A stretch of 54,397 bases of DNA from Barthelona sp. PAP020 (Eukaryota), in NCBI GenBank assembly GCA_040182905.1, contig JARQWU010000009.1:1-54397 (forward strand). The letters are read 5' to 3'. The first letter of the stretch is position 1, and each line of letters opens with the position of its first letter. The translations under genes and the position numbers were made by a program. This document shows, one piece after another, positions 8,927 to 20,111 of this stretch. The notes beneath the pieces were generated by a model, which was not told where the DNA came from, made no database searches, and saw only the letters and a program-made list of their open reading frames with translations.

Positions 8927-10567
8927 ATGTCCAATACTAGTCATGTGAATAGAAATGACATAGAAAAGGGGGCATATACTCATAAGTCATATTCGAACAG
9001 TGCTGAAAAATGGGGAAATAGTTCTGATCCTGAACAGAGTGAATTTGATCCTGCAATTGATGCAATTTCATATAGTTCACCCAATGAACTTATTAAAAAT
9101 GTGATGTTAGAAGATGATCAAAATGTTCAAGAATTAATTGTTGGTATACAACGGTTAAAGAAACATAACCGTCAATTAGAACATGATGTAATGAAAGAAC
9201 GGAGAAAAAATAAGTTTAAAGATGGCAGACCTGCTGAACTAAAGAAACAAATTGGTCGTATTGTAGGAATGATCAATAAGCTTACTGATGATTTTAATGC
9301 TGAACATTTAAAAAAAAAAGAGTTGAATCACCAAATCCAGTCATTGGAATTACAGATTGATCAATATTCACACCAATTAGGTTTGGATTCGAATAAGTTT
9401 AATTTGAAAGACAAAGCTGATCATCTCTTAATGGAAAATCTTGAAAAAAAGATCAATTCTACTCGCAATCATTTATTGAATGAACAAAAAAAGCAGAATT
9501 CACTTAGACATGACATTGATGGTTTGAAAGAACATCAACAAAGCCATGATAAAGATTATAAAGATTTGAAAAGAGATATTAAACAGTTGAAAAAAGAACA
9601 GTTTGAAAAATCGCAGGAAATTCAGATTTTGGAACTTGATTGCAACATCAGTCGAAGAGAACTTGTAAAATTGGTTGATGTTTTTGCTAAAGAAAAAGAA
9701 TTATGGAGTGGTGAAATGAGTGATCTTTCAAAAGCCACAAATATTGAAGCCGAAGGATGGTTTGATGAGAATAAAGATTCTGATAGAAAAGGCTACAACA
9801 AAAATCAAAAAGGTAAAAATACGAAAAAAGCAAAAATGGATGCCTTAATAGGTTTGTTAAATCATGCTTCAAGGCAAACTGCCACCAGAGAAGTCATGAA
9901 TCTTGAGTTATTTATTCGTGGCATTATGGATTCAGCTGATTTAAATTCTGGAATTACCAATTTTATTAATAATTTAACAAAAAAAACAGCCACTTTACAA
10001 ACAAAAATTAGCAAAGTAAGAAAAGAGTTGAATCAATATCGTACCATTTCGGTCAACGCTGATTCATTATCAGGTGTTAAACAAGCTAAATTATTGGAAA
10101 CTGAGTTGAGTAGAAAGGAAAATGAAAGAGATGCATTACAAATAGAATTGTCCAGTAATAGATCTTTAATTGCAACAATATCTAATGTTGTTGAGTCATT
10201 TGCTTTACTCACAGGTTTTTCTTATGAAGATATTCAATCAATTCTTTTGAACTCCAACGTGTCAAAAACAAATAAAAAAGATGTTGTAAAATCAAAATCT
10301 TCACTTGTGAATCCTCATTTAGTTGATTTAACTGTGTTAGTTGAACAAGTTTTAATTGAAAAACGTAATCAAGAAGAAGCTGGAAGAGTTGAACGCAATG
10401 TGGAAGCCAAAAGAAGAAATCATCTAAAATATTCAAATGAATCCGATTCATCAAGTCAACAATCTTTGGTTATTTCAAATAAAACAAATAATATTTCAAA
10501 AACACCCACTATTAAAAGGAATAAAAAGAGGAATAGTGTAAAATCTTCTCCTCTGGAAAAAAGATGA
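8927..10567 (+). CDS. Coiled-coil protein, probable outer dynein arm docking complex subunit (ODA1/CCDC114/CCDC63-like)
   Basis: Long heptad repeats; NSLRHDIDGLK......YKDLKRDI...EKELW..E...L resembles ODA1. First in-frame ATG used. Confidence 0.45.
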   Translation: MSNTSHVNRNDIEKGAYTHKSYSNSAEKWGNSSDPEQSEFDPAIDAISYSSPNELIKNVMLEDDQNVQELIVGIQRLKKHNRQLEHDVMKERRKNKFKDGRPAELKKQIGRIVGMINKLTDDFNAEHLKKKELNHQIQSLELQIDQYSHQLGLDSNKFNLKDKADHLLMENLEKKINSTRNHLLNEQKKQNSLRHDIDGLKEHQQSHDKDYKDLKRDIKQLKKEQFEKSQEIQILELDCNISRRELVKLVDVFAKEKELWSGEMSDLSKATNIEAEGWFDENKDSDRKGYNKNQKGKNTKKAKMDALIGLLNHASRQTATREVMNLELFIRGIMDSADLNSGITNFINNLTKKTATLQTKISKVRKELNQYRTISVNADSLSGVKQAKLLETELSRKENERDALQIELSSNRSLIATISNVVESFALLTGFSYEDIQSILLNSNVSKTNKKDVVKSKSSLVNPHLVDLTVLVEQVLIEKRNQEEAGRVERNVEAKRRNHLKYSNESDSSSQQSLVISNKTNNISKTPTIKRNKKRNSVKSSPLEKR

Positions 10568-10906
10568 AAATAATTATGCTCTTTTTATGTTTTTTGTTAT
10601 TACCACTGTATATAAATAATTTAGTCTTTTTTTTCTATTTTTTTCTCAATTGTTGACACTTTTAATTGGGTTCAAGAAATATCGAAAAAGAAATTTTATA
10701 TTACCTGTATTTGTTTCGAATTTGTAATAAACTGTTCATTTTGACAGAAAATGAATCTTTCGAAATGATTTGGTGGATGAAATTTAACAGTGATTTTTTT
10801 TTGACCAAATCCACTTTTCAAATTCTTGAGTTCAAATAAACAGCATTTTATCGTGATTGTTGGAGCATAAAAATAAACTTTTTAATTGAATTTTGCATTA
10901 TTTTAG

Positions 10907-13900
10907 ATGAAGTTATATTCTCCTCATTTACAAAATATTCCAGAGAATATATCAAGAGAATATCAATTAAATATGAATCCAAATCAACCGAATGTACGAA
11001 TAAGCTCCGATCAACAGAATTTTGATAACCCAAAATTTGAACCTAATATTTCAAGTGTATCACCACCAAAATATGAACAAAATTTATTACCATCGACTTC
11101 GTGGCCAATAAATAGCAATTCTAATGCACTTTTAATGATGCCATCTTCTTCTTCTTCAAATGATCGTTCAAACTTCTTAAAACAACCTGGTTTTGGTAGT
11201 TTAATGAATGATCAACAAGAAAATATGCATCATAGATTTGTTTCAGGAAATTTTTCCAGCCATCAACCAATGACAAGTAATATTCAAACAATGATGCCAT
11301 CCAACAATTTTTATTTTCCAAATCAAACCAATTTTAGTTCGAACCAACAATTTTCCAATTTTCCATCATCTATTTCGATTAATACACAATTTCAGCATCC
11401 TAACCCACAATTTTCCCAACCAATAAATTTTAACAATCTTAGGTTTACCAATGCAGCTTTTGCCAATTATGGTTTTCAAGGAAACCCTGGAATGCAGTAC
11501 GGCAGGCCAAAATCCACCAAGTCTCCCTTTGGAACTTCAAATATTGAAAGACCTATTGCCTATAAAGAACCTTCCAGAAGTATTTTTCCTAAAATTATGA
11601 AGGAAACACAAAAAGCTAAAAATGTACAAGAACAAAAAACGCCCAAAATACATAGGCCTAGAGGAAGACCACCTAAAAGTAAAAATAAAAAGCAAAAGTT
11701 TAAACCATCAACAAAGGGAGATATTGAATATTTTGATGCTGACTCTTCCGATCAAATCGAAACTCCGTCTCAAAAAACACGACAACCGCACCATGTTCAA
11801 TTAAAAATGGATAATTATAGTCAATTAAGAGCAAAATATGATTCAATTACCAACAAAATTCTTAGTGTTGCTAATAATGCAATAGATACAGAAATACCAT
11901 ATGGAGGGAAGCCTAGTATAGCTGAATTTTTATTTTCTTTTGCACCTACATATCGAATTGAACCTTTTTGTCGATTTATTGATCATTTTGTGCGAAAAAT
12001 TTGTGATTATGAATTGCCACCTTTAGCAAATAAAAAAAACAAGCTTGACAACATAAAATTTCAAATTATGTATGAATTTCCTGAATTTTACGAAGAAAAA
12101 TTGTTTAAACCTTTCATGCAATGGAAAAATTTTGTTTCCAAAGAAAGGAGAAAAGATTTTCAAGGAAAAGTACCATTTGCCAATATTTTCAATTATAAGT
12201 ATTTGCTCTTCATACTTACACCAGTTATTGATTCTTTAATTGCTTCTGAGTTTCATCAATTAAAGAATTCATTGGTTCAAATAACAAATGATATTATGAA
12301 AGCTTTGAACACTCCTTACCCTAATGGTTTTGAATTTGATGTGGAAAAAGGATTTATTTTGGCGCCAGATAAAGCAAAAGCAATAACACAAGAAACAGAT
12401 GTTTACACTTTAAAAAGCTATTTAGGTTTATTAACGGAAGAAGAAATCAAAAATCATTGTGTAAAAATTGGCTCTGTTGAAGATGGAGATAAAATGATTC
12501 TTGAGTTATCAAAATCTTTGAAAAAAAATAAAATTTCTTCAACCATGTTAGAAAAGGATAGGGCTGTACAACAACTAGAAGAAAAAGGAATGTTGAGATT
12601 TGAAATTTTGAACTTAGATCCTTTCAAGCCTTTGGAAGAATTAAACTACAGCTTAGTTCAATTATCAAGGTTTCATACAGTTTTAAAAAAACAATTACCC
12701 AAAATGCCGCAGGATTATTCTGTTAAGCAAATTTTTGACAAACATCACATGACTTTGGTATGTATTACAGATGTAGAAAATAGTAATATTGTAAAGAAAC
12801 ATACAGAATTAGTTGAAAGTATCAATGAAGAACGAAAAAAAACAGAAAAAGAAGAGATTGAAGAAAATATTGATCCAATTACGGAGACTATAGCATGGGA
12901 TACAAATAAAAAATATTGTGACGTAAAATCAACAATTTCATCCGAAGACAATGTCGAGAGAGTCGATGTTGAATCTAATTTTGAAGTTGTTCCAAGGAAG
13001 GATACATTAAATTTTATTGAATCTGTGGCATCAGATCGTGTTGTTGGAGGGATATGCTTTAGACCAGAACCAAAAAGAGAGTTTGTTGAAGTAGTTTTCG
13101 TTTGTGTTCATCAAGATACCCAAACTGCTGGATATGGAACAAGAATGATGAATCATCTCAAAGAATACGCAAAGAAGATCGGATGTAGATTTTTGTTGAC
13201 TTATGCTGACAACACTGCTATAGATTTTTTCAAAAAACAAGGTTTTACGACAGAATTAACCAAAGAACATTTACCAAAATGGGTAGGTGTCATTAAAGAT
13301 TATGTTCAATCAACATTAATGGAATGTCGATTGTACAATGAAATCAATTACTTAAAAGTACCTCAGTTAATTGATTTTCAGTGGCAAGAACTTTTTAAGC
13401 GTATGAAACAAAACAATATTGATGTGCATCAATTAGCATTTGATAATGAAAAGAAGGCCGTTTATCCAAAGGATGTTGAACTTTTCAGAGATTTACCATT
13501 TGCTGAAAAAGTGATGAAATTGGATTTTGTGCACATTCCTAATTTATTTGAAAAATTTTATAATGTTTGGAAATGTTTGTTTGAAAATCCATATTCATGG
13601 CCTTTCAGAGAGCCAGTCAGTATTTTTGAAGCACAAGACTATTTTTTAAAGGTGAGTGATCCCATTGATTTGAAGAAGATCAAACAAAGATTGGATATTT
13701 TTGAAATTGTAAAGATTGTTAGAAAATCTCCATTTGGAATAAATATGAGACAATTTCAACATTTGAATCCAAATGAATATGATTATGTTGAAGATAATAT
13801 CACAGCTCAAGATTTTGTCACAATAAAAGAAGAAAAAGTCTGTCAATTTTATCGAACAGTTGATATGTTTGTGAATGATTGTGAATTGATCTTTAGAAAT

Positions 13901-14167
13901 TGTTTCACATACAATAATTCGGATACGCCTTACAATCATTGTGCTAGATCACTCAATTTTGATTTTGTAGAATTGATTAAAAGAGAATTTAGAGGATTTT
14001 ACTCAATGGGTGAAATTATGGGAGGTAAAAATAATGACGTTTGGAATAAAAAAAAAGAATTTTCTTATGATAGAGCTCAAACGCCTTTCGACCCTGTGTT
14101 AAAAACCATTTCAAAAAAAAAACAAAAATCCTTTGACCAAGTGGGTTTTTTCACACCAAAAAGATGA
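10907..14167 (+). CDS. GCN5: GCN5-type histone acetyltransferase with bromodomain and AT-hook
   Basis: KQLPKMPQDY, VVGGICFRP, FVEVVF..V....Q..GYGTRMMNHLKE, FLLTYADNTAIDFFKKQGF, IKDY..STLMEC; bromodomain SWPFREPV...DY......PIDL...IF.NC..YN; RPRGRPPK. Confidence 0.95.
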   Translation: MKLYSPHLQNIPENISREYQLNMNPNQPNVRISSDQQNFDNPKFEPNISSVSPPKYEQNLLPSTSWPINSNSNALLMMPSSSSSNDRSNFLKQPGFGSLMNDQQENMHHRFVSGNFSSHQPMTSNIQTMMPSNNFYFPNQTNFSSNQQFSNFPSSISINTQFQHPNPQFSQPINFNNLRFTNAAFANYGFQGNPGMQYGRPKSTKSPFGTSNIERPIAYKEPSRSIFPKIMKETQKAKNVQEQKTPKIHRPRGRPPKSKNKKQKFKPSTKGDIEYFDADSSDQIETPSQKTRQPHHVQLKMDNYSQLRAKYDSITNKILSVANNAIDTEIPYGGKPSIAEFLFSFAPTYRIEPFCRFIDHFVRKICDYELPPLANKKNKLDNIKFQIMYEFPEFYEEKLFKPFMQWKNFVSKERRKDFQGKVPFANIFNYKYLLFILTPVIDSLIASEFHQLKNSLVQITNDIMKALNTPYPNGFEFDVEKGFILAPDKAKAITQETDVYTLKSYLGLLTEEEIKNHCVKIGSVEDGDKMILELSKSLKKNKISSTMLEKDRAVQQLEEKGMLRFEILNLDPFKPLEELNYSLVQLSRFHTVLKKQLPKMPQDYSVKQIFDKHHMTLVCITDVENSNIVKKHTELVESINEERKKTEKEEIEENIDPITETIAWDTNKKYCDVKSTISSEDNVERVDVESNFEVVPRKDTLNFIESVASDRVVGGICFRPEPKREFVEVVFVCVHQDTQTAGYGTRMMNHLKEYAKKIGCRFLLTYADNTAIDFFKKQGFTTELTKEHLPKWVGVIKDYVQSTLMECRLYNEINYLKVPQLIDFQWQELFKRMKQNNIDVHQLAFDNEKKAVYPKDVELFRDLPFAEKVMKLDFVHIPNLFEKFYNVWKCLFENPYSWPFREPVSIFEAQDYFLKVSDPIDLKKIKQRLDIFEIVKIVRKSPFGINMRQFQHLNPNEYDYVEDNITAQDFVTIKEEKVCQFYRTVDMFVNDCELIFRNCFTYNNSDTPYNHCARSLNFDFVELIKREFRGFYSMGEIMGGKNNDVWNKKKEFSYDRAQTPFDPVLKTISKKKQKSFDQVGFFTPKR

Positions 14168-14330
14168 ATGCTGCAATTTAGTTTATTAATAAATATTTGT
14201 TTTCTATTTTCTTTTGTTCTCAATAGTTTTTTTTTTCTTCAAAAGAAAAAAAAATAATATTTGGTCTCATCAAATAGGTTTTCATTTATGTGTATAGACG
14301 CGCTGGTTATTGCAACAGCGAAAGAAAATC

Positions 14331-14560
14331 ATATTCATAGACAAAGTTTCCAGTTTTGGAAGTGATCAGTAAAAATCGTTTTGGCGATAAAGGGAAAGAG
14401 ATTTACATAAGTTTTATTTTTTGCTCTGTACAGCAAGCCTACATTTTGAGATTACGTATTTTTTTTTTAAAGAAGACTGCCCTTCGACATCAATTACGCT
14501 CAAGACAAGTTCGATCGCCCAAATAAAATCCCAAGCTCTCAGAAACAAAGTCTATAAACA
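14331..14560 (-). ncRNA. Candidate structured ncRNA, class unassigned
   Basis: No ORF; the ends pair (UGUUUAUAGAC/GUCUAUGAAUA plus GUUUC/GAAAC) around nested stems, and G-U pairs favour the minus strand. Confidence 0.35.
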
Positions 14561-15076
14561 AAAAAAAAATATAAATGAAAACAGGTTTATCAAATAAAAA
14601 AAAATAAAAAAATAAAAAATAACAATTAATTGTGAATGTGAGGAAACATTTCATAAAAAATTCCTTATTATACGTTAATGTGGAAGTTCATGCTCAATGA
14701 ACGGAATTTATTGGAGATATAAAGAGGTCATCAAATATCACTTCTTTTATTTGTTGTTTCTTGACCATCTTTAGGTCCAATTTTTTAAGTTACTTGGGCA
14801 TCTGAATTCACGTGAGTTTTTCCCAAATTTTAAGCTAACTCGTTTCGTTGTTCACTGAACAACTCATACCTCATAAATATCTAATAAATAATTTTTATTA
14901 TTCGGATTTTAGAGATATAAATGAAGTTTGACTTGTTCTAATTTGTCTTTCAACTCAAAAAAATAATTGCAACATATATTCAATATAGTTGAAGTACAAA
15001 AATATGCTATTCTAATTCTTTTGTGGTTTTCAAAAAATTATTTTCAAGAAATAAAAAATTCTTCAATTTTACAAAT

Positions 15077-16366
15077 TTAATCAAAGATTTCAGGATAAAC
15101 ACAACAAAAATGATCATTATTTTGTGCTAAAATTACCCCTTCATCATTAAAATCAATATTTGAACAGAAAAAATCGTCTTGAGGCAATTTTAAATGAGAA
15201 CAATTTTCTTCATCCCAAAATCCAACAGATTCAGTTCCATTACAAATGGCTAAAACACTAATTCTGGGATGCCAACATACAGAAGTGATTGGATGCTCCA
15301 TTAAAACTAAAGACTTTAATTTTAGGTGTTCAATAGACCAAATCCAAACTACTTTTGGCATATTATCATTTATTGTCGCTAAATATCTTCCATTTGAAGA
15401 AAACTTATTCAAACCAATACCTATTGGTGGATTAGCCATCAATGGTACTTTTTTATTCTCCAATATTATTTTATTAACACATTTTTCAAAGCATTTCTCA
15501 TTTTCTCTGGATACTTCTCTGTAAACAACTAGTTGATTCTCATCAGGCATGTTAATGTCATCATCATTAATACACGACAAATGGTTGAACTCATGCACAA
15601 CTTTTTGAAGTAAACAATCATACAATCGAACTTTTTGATCATAAGATCCAATAGAAACTAATTCCGTCTTTAAATCTTTATCATTTATAATATCAAGTGA
15701 TTTAATTCCTAGACCATCTGAATACGCCCGATAATTAAATTTTAACTCCCCAAAAAATGAGTATCCCAATAATTTATATTCAATGGGACTGTCAACAACT
15801 ATCAACGTGTCATCTAACATTCTTATTTCATTGCAATCAAAAGAATCTAGTTTAAACGAATGTTTAAGTTTGCAACTGGGAAATTCTAATGTTGATAATT
15901 GATCAATTGCCCTATTATTGGAAACAATAAAGATTAAATCACCAACATCATTGAACCTAATGCAATTTTCATTCTTTAAAGAGTTAAAATATTTTACAGA
16001 ACGTTCTTCAATGTTATAAATGGCAAGTCTAAGATTTTGCTTGGATAAGGTCAAAATATGTGTGGAAGACGGTGAAAACATGGCCCAACGTACTCCTAAC
16101 AATCTACAATCAATATCATATTTCCATGAAGGATTATCTAAATCAAAAACAACTAATAAATTCTGTTTTGAATTTACCAAAACAAATCGACTGTTAGGAG
16201 ACCACTCAATTTGCGAAAAAACGCCCAAACATTGGAACATTTGTAAATTCTCGAAAGTCCTTGAATCACGAATTATCAATTTGGCAGACATAATTGTTGC
16301 CAATTTCGAACCATCAGGTGAAAATTTTGTTTGGATATTTTGTGAATATTTCTCTGTAAATTCCAT
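15077..16366 (-). CDS. WRAP73: WD40 protein WRAP73/WDR8 (centriolar)
   Basis: MEFTE.Y......FSPDG..LA......LIIRD, IEWS, AY..GLGIKS, IGSYDQKVR, NP.IGIG...FS..GRYLAT.ND.MP..VWIW. Confidence 0.88.
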   Translation of the reverse strand: MEFTEKYSQNIQTKFSPDGSKLATIMSAKLIIRDSRTFENLQMFQCLGVFSQIEWSPNSRFVLVNSKQNLLVVFDLDNPSWKYDIDCRLLGVRWAMFSPSSTHILTLSKQNLRLAIYNIEERSVKYFNSLKNENCIRFNDVGDLIFIVSNNRAIDQLSTLEFPSCKLKHSFKLDSFDCNEIRMLDDTLIVVDSPIEYKLLGYSFFGELKFNYRAYSDGLGIKSLDIINDKDLKTELVSIGSYDQKVRLYDCLLQKVVHEFNHLSCINDDDINMPDENQLVVYREVSRENEKCFEKCVNKIILENKKVPLMANPPIGIGLNKFSSNGRYLATINDNMPKVVWIWSIEHLKLKSLVLMEHPITSVCWHPRISVLAICNGTESVGFWDEENCSHLKLPQDDFFCSNIDFNDEGVILAQNNDHFCCVYPEIFD

Positions 16367-16438
16367 TTCGTTCTCACAACATTTGCATCAAACAAAAGCT
16401 TCAACAAAAATCTTCAATTTTTTTTTTGGATTTGACAC

Positions 16439-16717
16439 ATGAATTTTCCAGCTTCAAATCAAGTTATTTGGGGCAAATCATTGTCATATTCTTCAACAAA
16501 TTTATCAGAACCAATTACATCGAAAACCAATGATTCGAGATTGGTATCTTCTTTTCTAAAAATGGCTGAAAAACCAAAGACCCCAATACCAAGTAATCAT
16601 TTTTCTGTGAATATTTTTGATACAAATGACAAATCTTTCTCTCAAAATTCTTTTGAGGATTGGTATTTAAAAAATTGTAAAAAATTTCAGTTAGATCCAC
16701 AAAACCAGAAACGATAA
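16439..16717 (+). CDS. Hypothetical small protein
   Basis: 92-aa ATG-initiated ORF divergent from WRAP73; no recognisable motif. Confidence 0.3.
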   Translation: MNFPASNQVIWGKSLSYSSTNLSEPITSKTNDSRLVSSFLKMAEKPKTPIPSNHFSVNIFDTNDKSFSQNSFEDWYLKNCKKFQLDPQNQKR

Positions 16718-17177
16718 TTGGGTTTTATTGTATACTTTTAGTTTTTTTGATTGATTTCTTCTTCTTTTTTTTCTTTTGTAATTTTCATTGAAATCTTTTT
16801 TGAGGTTATTTTTGCGTTTTTATATGACCTCTATTGTATTTTATTTATTATTTTTACTGTTATTTTGAAAAGTTTTCTTGAGTTTTTCTTTTAATTAAAT
16901 TTGATTATTCAAATCTCCATTTTTCAATCTCTGATTTGATCAATTTGATTTGATTTTCTTGAATATTCCATATTATTGTTTTTTATTTCATTATGTCATT
17001 TGTATTATCAATTTTCGTTTGAAGTAAAGGTTTTTTATTTATTTTTCAAATTAAAATGAGATAATTGTTCCCATTTCGGTAAATGATTCAAAATGGTTAA
17101 TTTTAGTCCAATTTTTCAGGTTAAAACTTGAAATTCTATTGTAAAAAAGAAGAAATTATTTTGCAGGAAAAAGAAAT

Positions 17178-18005
17178 TTATGTGCTGGATAATGTACTTT
17201 GGATCGTAAAATCATACTGGATTTCAGGAATGACAGAAGCAATGAATTTTAAAAATACAAAAAAATAGTTTGTTACAGGAATTTTTCCCATTTTTTCTGA
17301 AAGATTTTTCATCATTGAAGCGTGCAGACATGGATGAATGCAAAGATACTGAACATTTTTGAAATGAGGAAATTTAACCATTGTAACAGTTTTTTTGGCA
17401 TATTCCTCACCAATATTTTCAAACATTTGGGTAATTGTCAAAGGTGTTCCATCAAAATTCCAACCTTGTAAAAAAACTCTAGGTGAACCATAATATGCAT
17501 CATATGTAAGATAAATATCATAGGTTCTATGTTTCATTAATTTTTCTTCTTTGTTTTCAACAAGTTGAACATTTTGAAAATCAAAATCATCAAAATCATC
17601 AACATCATCATCATCTTCTTCCATTTCATTCAAAGTTTCTTTCATATTGATGCGTTCGATATCTTCCACCAAAGTGTTGTCAATTTCTCCAAATATTTGC
17701 CATTCATCATTTTCAAAATCATCATTAAGATTTGTAATGGATTGAAAATTATTTATGTCGTCATTCAATGACAAACAACGAGCTCCTTTAAACAACAAAT
17801 ATTGACATTCATTTGGAAAATAATCAAAACAACACCCTAAATCTCCAGATTGCCAAGTCCAAGATGGACATTTCTCAATAAGCTCACTTGCAGCCAATAA
17901 AAATTCGTTTGGTGTTATTCGACCAGTACTTTCAAATGTGGATTCATTTTGTGGATTACGAGATACAAAATTTCTTATTGATTGTGTAAAATTATACAAT
18001 GACAT
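17178..18005 (-). CDS. ATG3: Autophagy E2-like enzyme Atg3
   Basis: F..TG.ITP.EF..A...L...CP.W.W, acidic flexible region, RTYD..LTYD.YY.SPR.FL.G, catalytic IHPC.HA, FLKFI.SVIP.I.YDFT. Confidence 0.95.
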   Translation of the reverse strand: MSLYNFTQSIRNFVSRNPQNESTFESTGRITPNEFLLAASELIEKCPSWTWQSGDLGCCFDYFPNECQYLLFKGARCLSLNDDINNFQSITNLNDDFENDEWQIFGEIDNTLVEDIERINMKETLNEMEEDDDDVDDFDDFDFQNVQLVENKEEKLMKHRTYDIYLTYDAYYGSPRVFLQGWNFDGTPLTITQMFENIGEEYAKKTVTMVKFPHFKNVQYLCIHPCLHASMMKNLSEKMGKIPVTNYFFVFLKFIASVIPEIQYDFTIQSTLSST

Positions 18006-18065
18006 GAATTTAACAAAAAAAAAAAAAGAAGAATAGCAAAACTTTTATTGTTGGGACAAACAGAA

Positions 18066-20048
18066 CTACAACATATTATTAATATTATCATCATCAACAT
18101 CATCACAATCGTCAATATCATTATCATCTTCATGTGTTTTATCATCATCATCAAGCAAAATGTCATCAATATTTTGATTTTTTTGATTCATTGATTCGCA
18201 AAAAACTATTATCCCGTGTCCAATAAAACTGATAAATACTAAACATAAAATTGGGGCAACAAAATACATGTGCAAAAGTTTTGGTTTTCCTAGAGGGGTG
18301 CTGTCACATGCATGAAAGAAAGAACAACGGGTACAACTTTTGGATCCTGCAGATGAATAATATCCCAAAGGGCAAATCGAACATGTGGTTAAAGAAGACA
18401 CATAATAGCCAGGTGCACATTCAACACAATAATCTCTACTACCATCAGAAACTTGTCCTTCAACACAAGCATCACAACGGTCAATCGAAGAATATGTTCC
18501 TTCAGCGCATCTAACACATTTTGTGTGATTTTTATCAGGAACATGTCCAACAGGACATTTAATGCAAGTGCCATCATGAACATTAAAATATTCACTTCCT
18601 TCACATCTGTAACATGCATTATCACGGGCAATATGAGAATCAGGACATTTCACACAATGTGATTCATTTTTGGGCATTATAGAATTTTTTGGACATTGTA
18701 CACACTTTCCAACAGAAATCGTGTACTTTCCAACATCACAAGGTAAACAAAAACCATCCTTTTCATAATGATTATAGGGACACTCAACACATGTATTATT
18801 AACAACTATATGTCCATATTCACATATTTTACAATAACTTGGATCATCGAATACCCAAATATGTTGTTTGGGACATTTAACACAAGTATCTTTTGTAATA
18901 ACACTAACCGTACCATTTGGACAGCTCAAACATTCTTTTTGACCCTCTTTTGATTGATAAGTTCCCTCCATACAAGATTCAAATCCTGTTGAACCCAAAT
19001 CAGATACATAATGACCAATTGGTGAAGGCAAACAAGGATTTAATCCTGTTTCTGAATAGAAGCCAAATGGACAAGGGGAAAGAGAAATTGCATGAAATTC
19101 AATTTGATAATTTGAAGTATTATTTTTAATATTAGCATGAATAACTGTAAACAACATAAAATCTACAGTTTTTACTATGGAATTGATGCTCTTTAAATTA
19201 TTATCTAATGAAAAATGTGTAAAAGATTTTTTTTGATCAAAAGAATAAAAAAGAATTTGTCTAGCATCATCAGATGTGTGTGCAAGTGTAGTTGATAAAA
19301 ACTGTCGGTTCACATGGTTAAATAATGGAACATCTTCAAATTCAAGAGACATTTTGTCAATAAAAAATTTCTTGGAATTTAATTCAATCAATAAAGTAGT
19401 TTGATTCTCTGCAATAACACTAATGCCCTTAAAAATTAATACATTTGATTTAATGTTATTTGTTTTATCATAGCATTGAAATTTTCTTCCATTATATCCA
19501 CAAATAATGTTATCAAAGTAACTTAAATGCGATACTTTGTCAAATAAATTGAAAGAAAAAATGTTTTCATTAATATTGCAATCGTTACAAATAATTTCAT
19601 TTTCATTTGTGATGATGAAAAAATCATAAGGAAATATTTGATTTTGAACAATCATTTTAACGTCAGAAATAGTGAAATTCTCATCTTTTTGGAAATCATA
19701 ATCATACTTAGAAATGTGATCATCAATTAAAATCAAAAAATGGTTATCAAAAATAGCAATTGATTTAATATTTTCATTAAAAGTGTGACTAACTTCAATG
19801 ATGTGTTCTCCTTCATTTAAACTCTTTTTGTTTAAAATATGAAAACTTGTCAAATTTTGTTTGGAATCTTTAATAACACTAATAGCATGTTTTGAATCAT
19901 TTCTAACATATAAATTAACACTAATATCTCTCAATTCTAAAATTTCTTGCTTTTGGATAGAATGGTATTCAAATGATGAGGCACAACTTTGAATTTGCCC
20001 AAAAAATAAAATAAAATTGATTATTAAAAAGACTAAAGGGGCAACCAT
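18066..20048 (-). CDS. Cysteine-rich type I membrane/surface protein (GCC2/ephrin-receptor-like CxxC-P-G repeats)
   Basis: Signal peptide, many C..CP.G repeats, one TM helix near the C-terminus, acidic tail. Confidence 0.8.
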   Translation of the reverse strand: MVAPLVFLIINFILFFGQIQSCASSFEYHSIQKQEILELRDISVNLYVRNDSKHAISVIKDSKQNLTSFHILNKKSLNEGEHIIEVSHTFNENIKSIAIFDNHFLILIDDHISKYDYDFQKDENFTISDVKMIVQNQIFPYDFFIITNENEIICNDCNINENIFSFNLFDKVSHLSYFDNIICGYNGRKFQCYDKTNNIKSNVLIFKGISVIAENQTTLLIELNSKKFFIDKMSLEFEDVPLFNHVNRQFLSTTLAHTSDDARQILFYSFDQKKSFTHFSLDNNLKSINSIVKTVDFMLFTVIHANIKNNTSNYQIEFHAISLSPCPFGFYSETGLNPCLPSPIGHYVSDLGSTGFESCMEGTYQSKEGQKECLSCPNGTVSVITKDTCVKCPKQHIWVFDDPSYCKICEYGHIVVNNTCVECPYNHYEKDGFCLPCDVGKYTISVGKCVQCPKNSIMPKNESHCVKCPDSHIARDNACYRCEGSEYFNVHDGTCIKCPVGHVPDKNHTKCVRCAEGTYSSIDRCDACVEGQVSDGSRDYCVECAPGYYVSSLTTCSICPLGYYSSAGSKSCTRCSFFHACDSTPLGKPKLLHMYFVAPILCLVFISFIGHGIIVFCESMNQKNQNIDDILLDDDDKTHEDDNDIDDCDDVDDDNINNML

Positions 20049-20111
20049 GTGTCTATTTCATAAATATTCAAAAAAAAAATCAGTGAAAAAAAAAACAAGC
20101 TCATTTATTTA

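Noticed and set aside
16720..17170. Long T-rich stretch as a gene under a reassigned stop codon
   Set aside because: Conserved genes end in TAA, TAG and TGA with no in-frame stops, so there is no sign of an alternative code; no protein motif seen.
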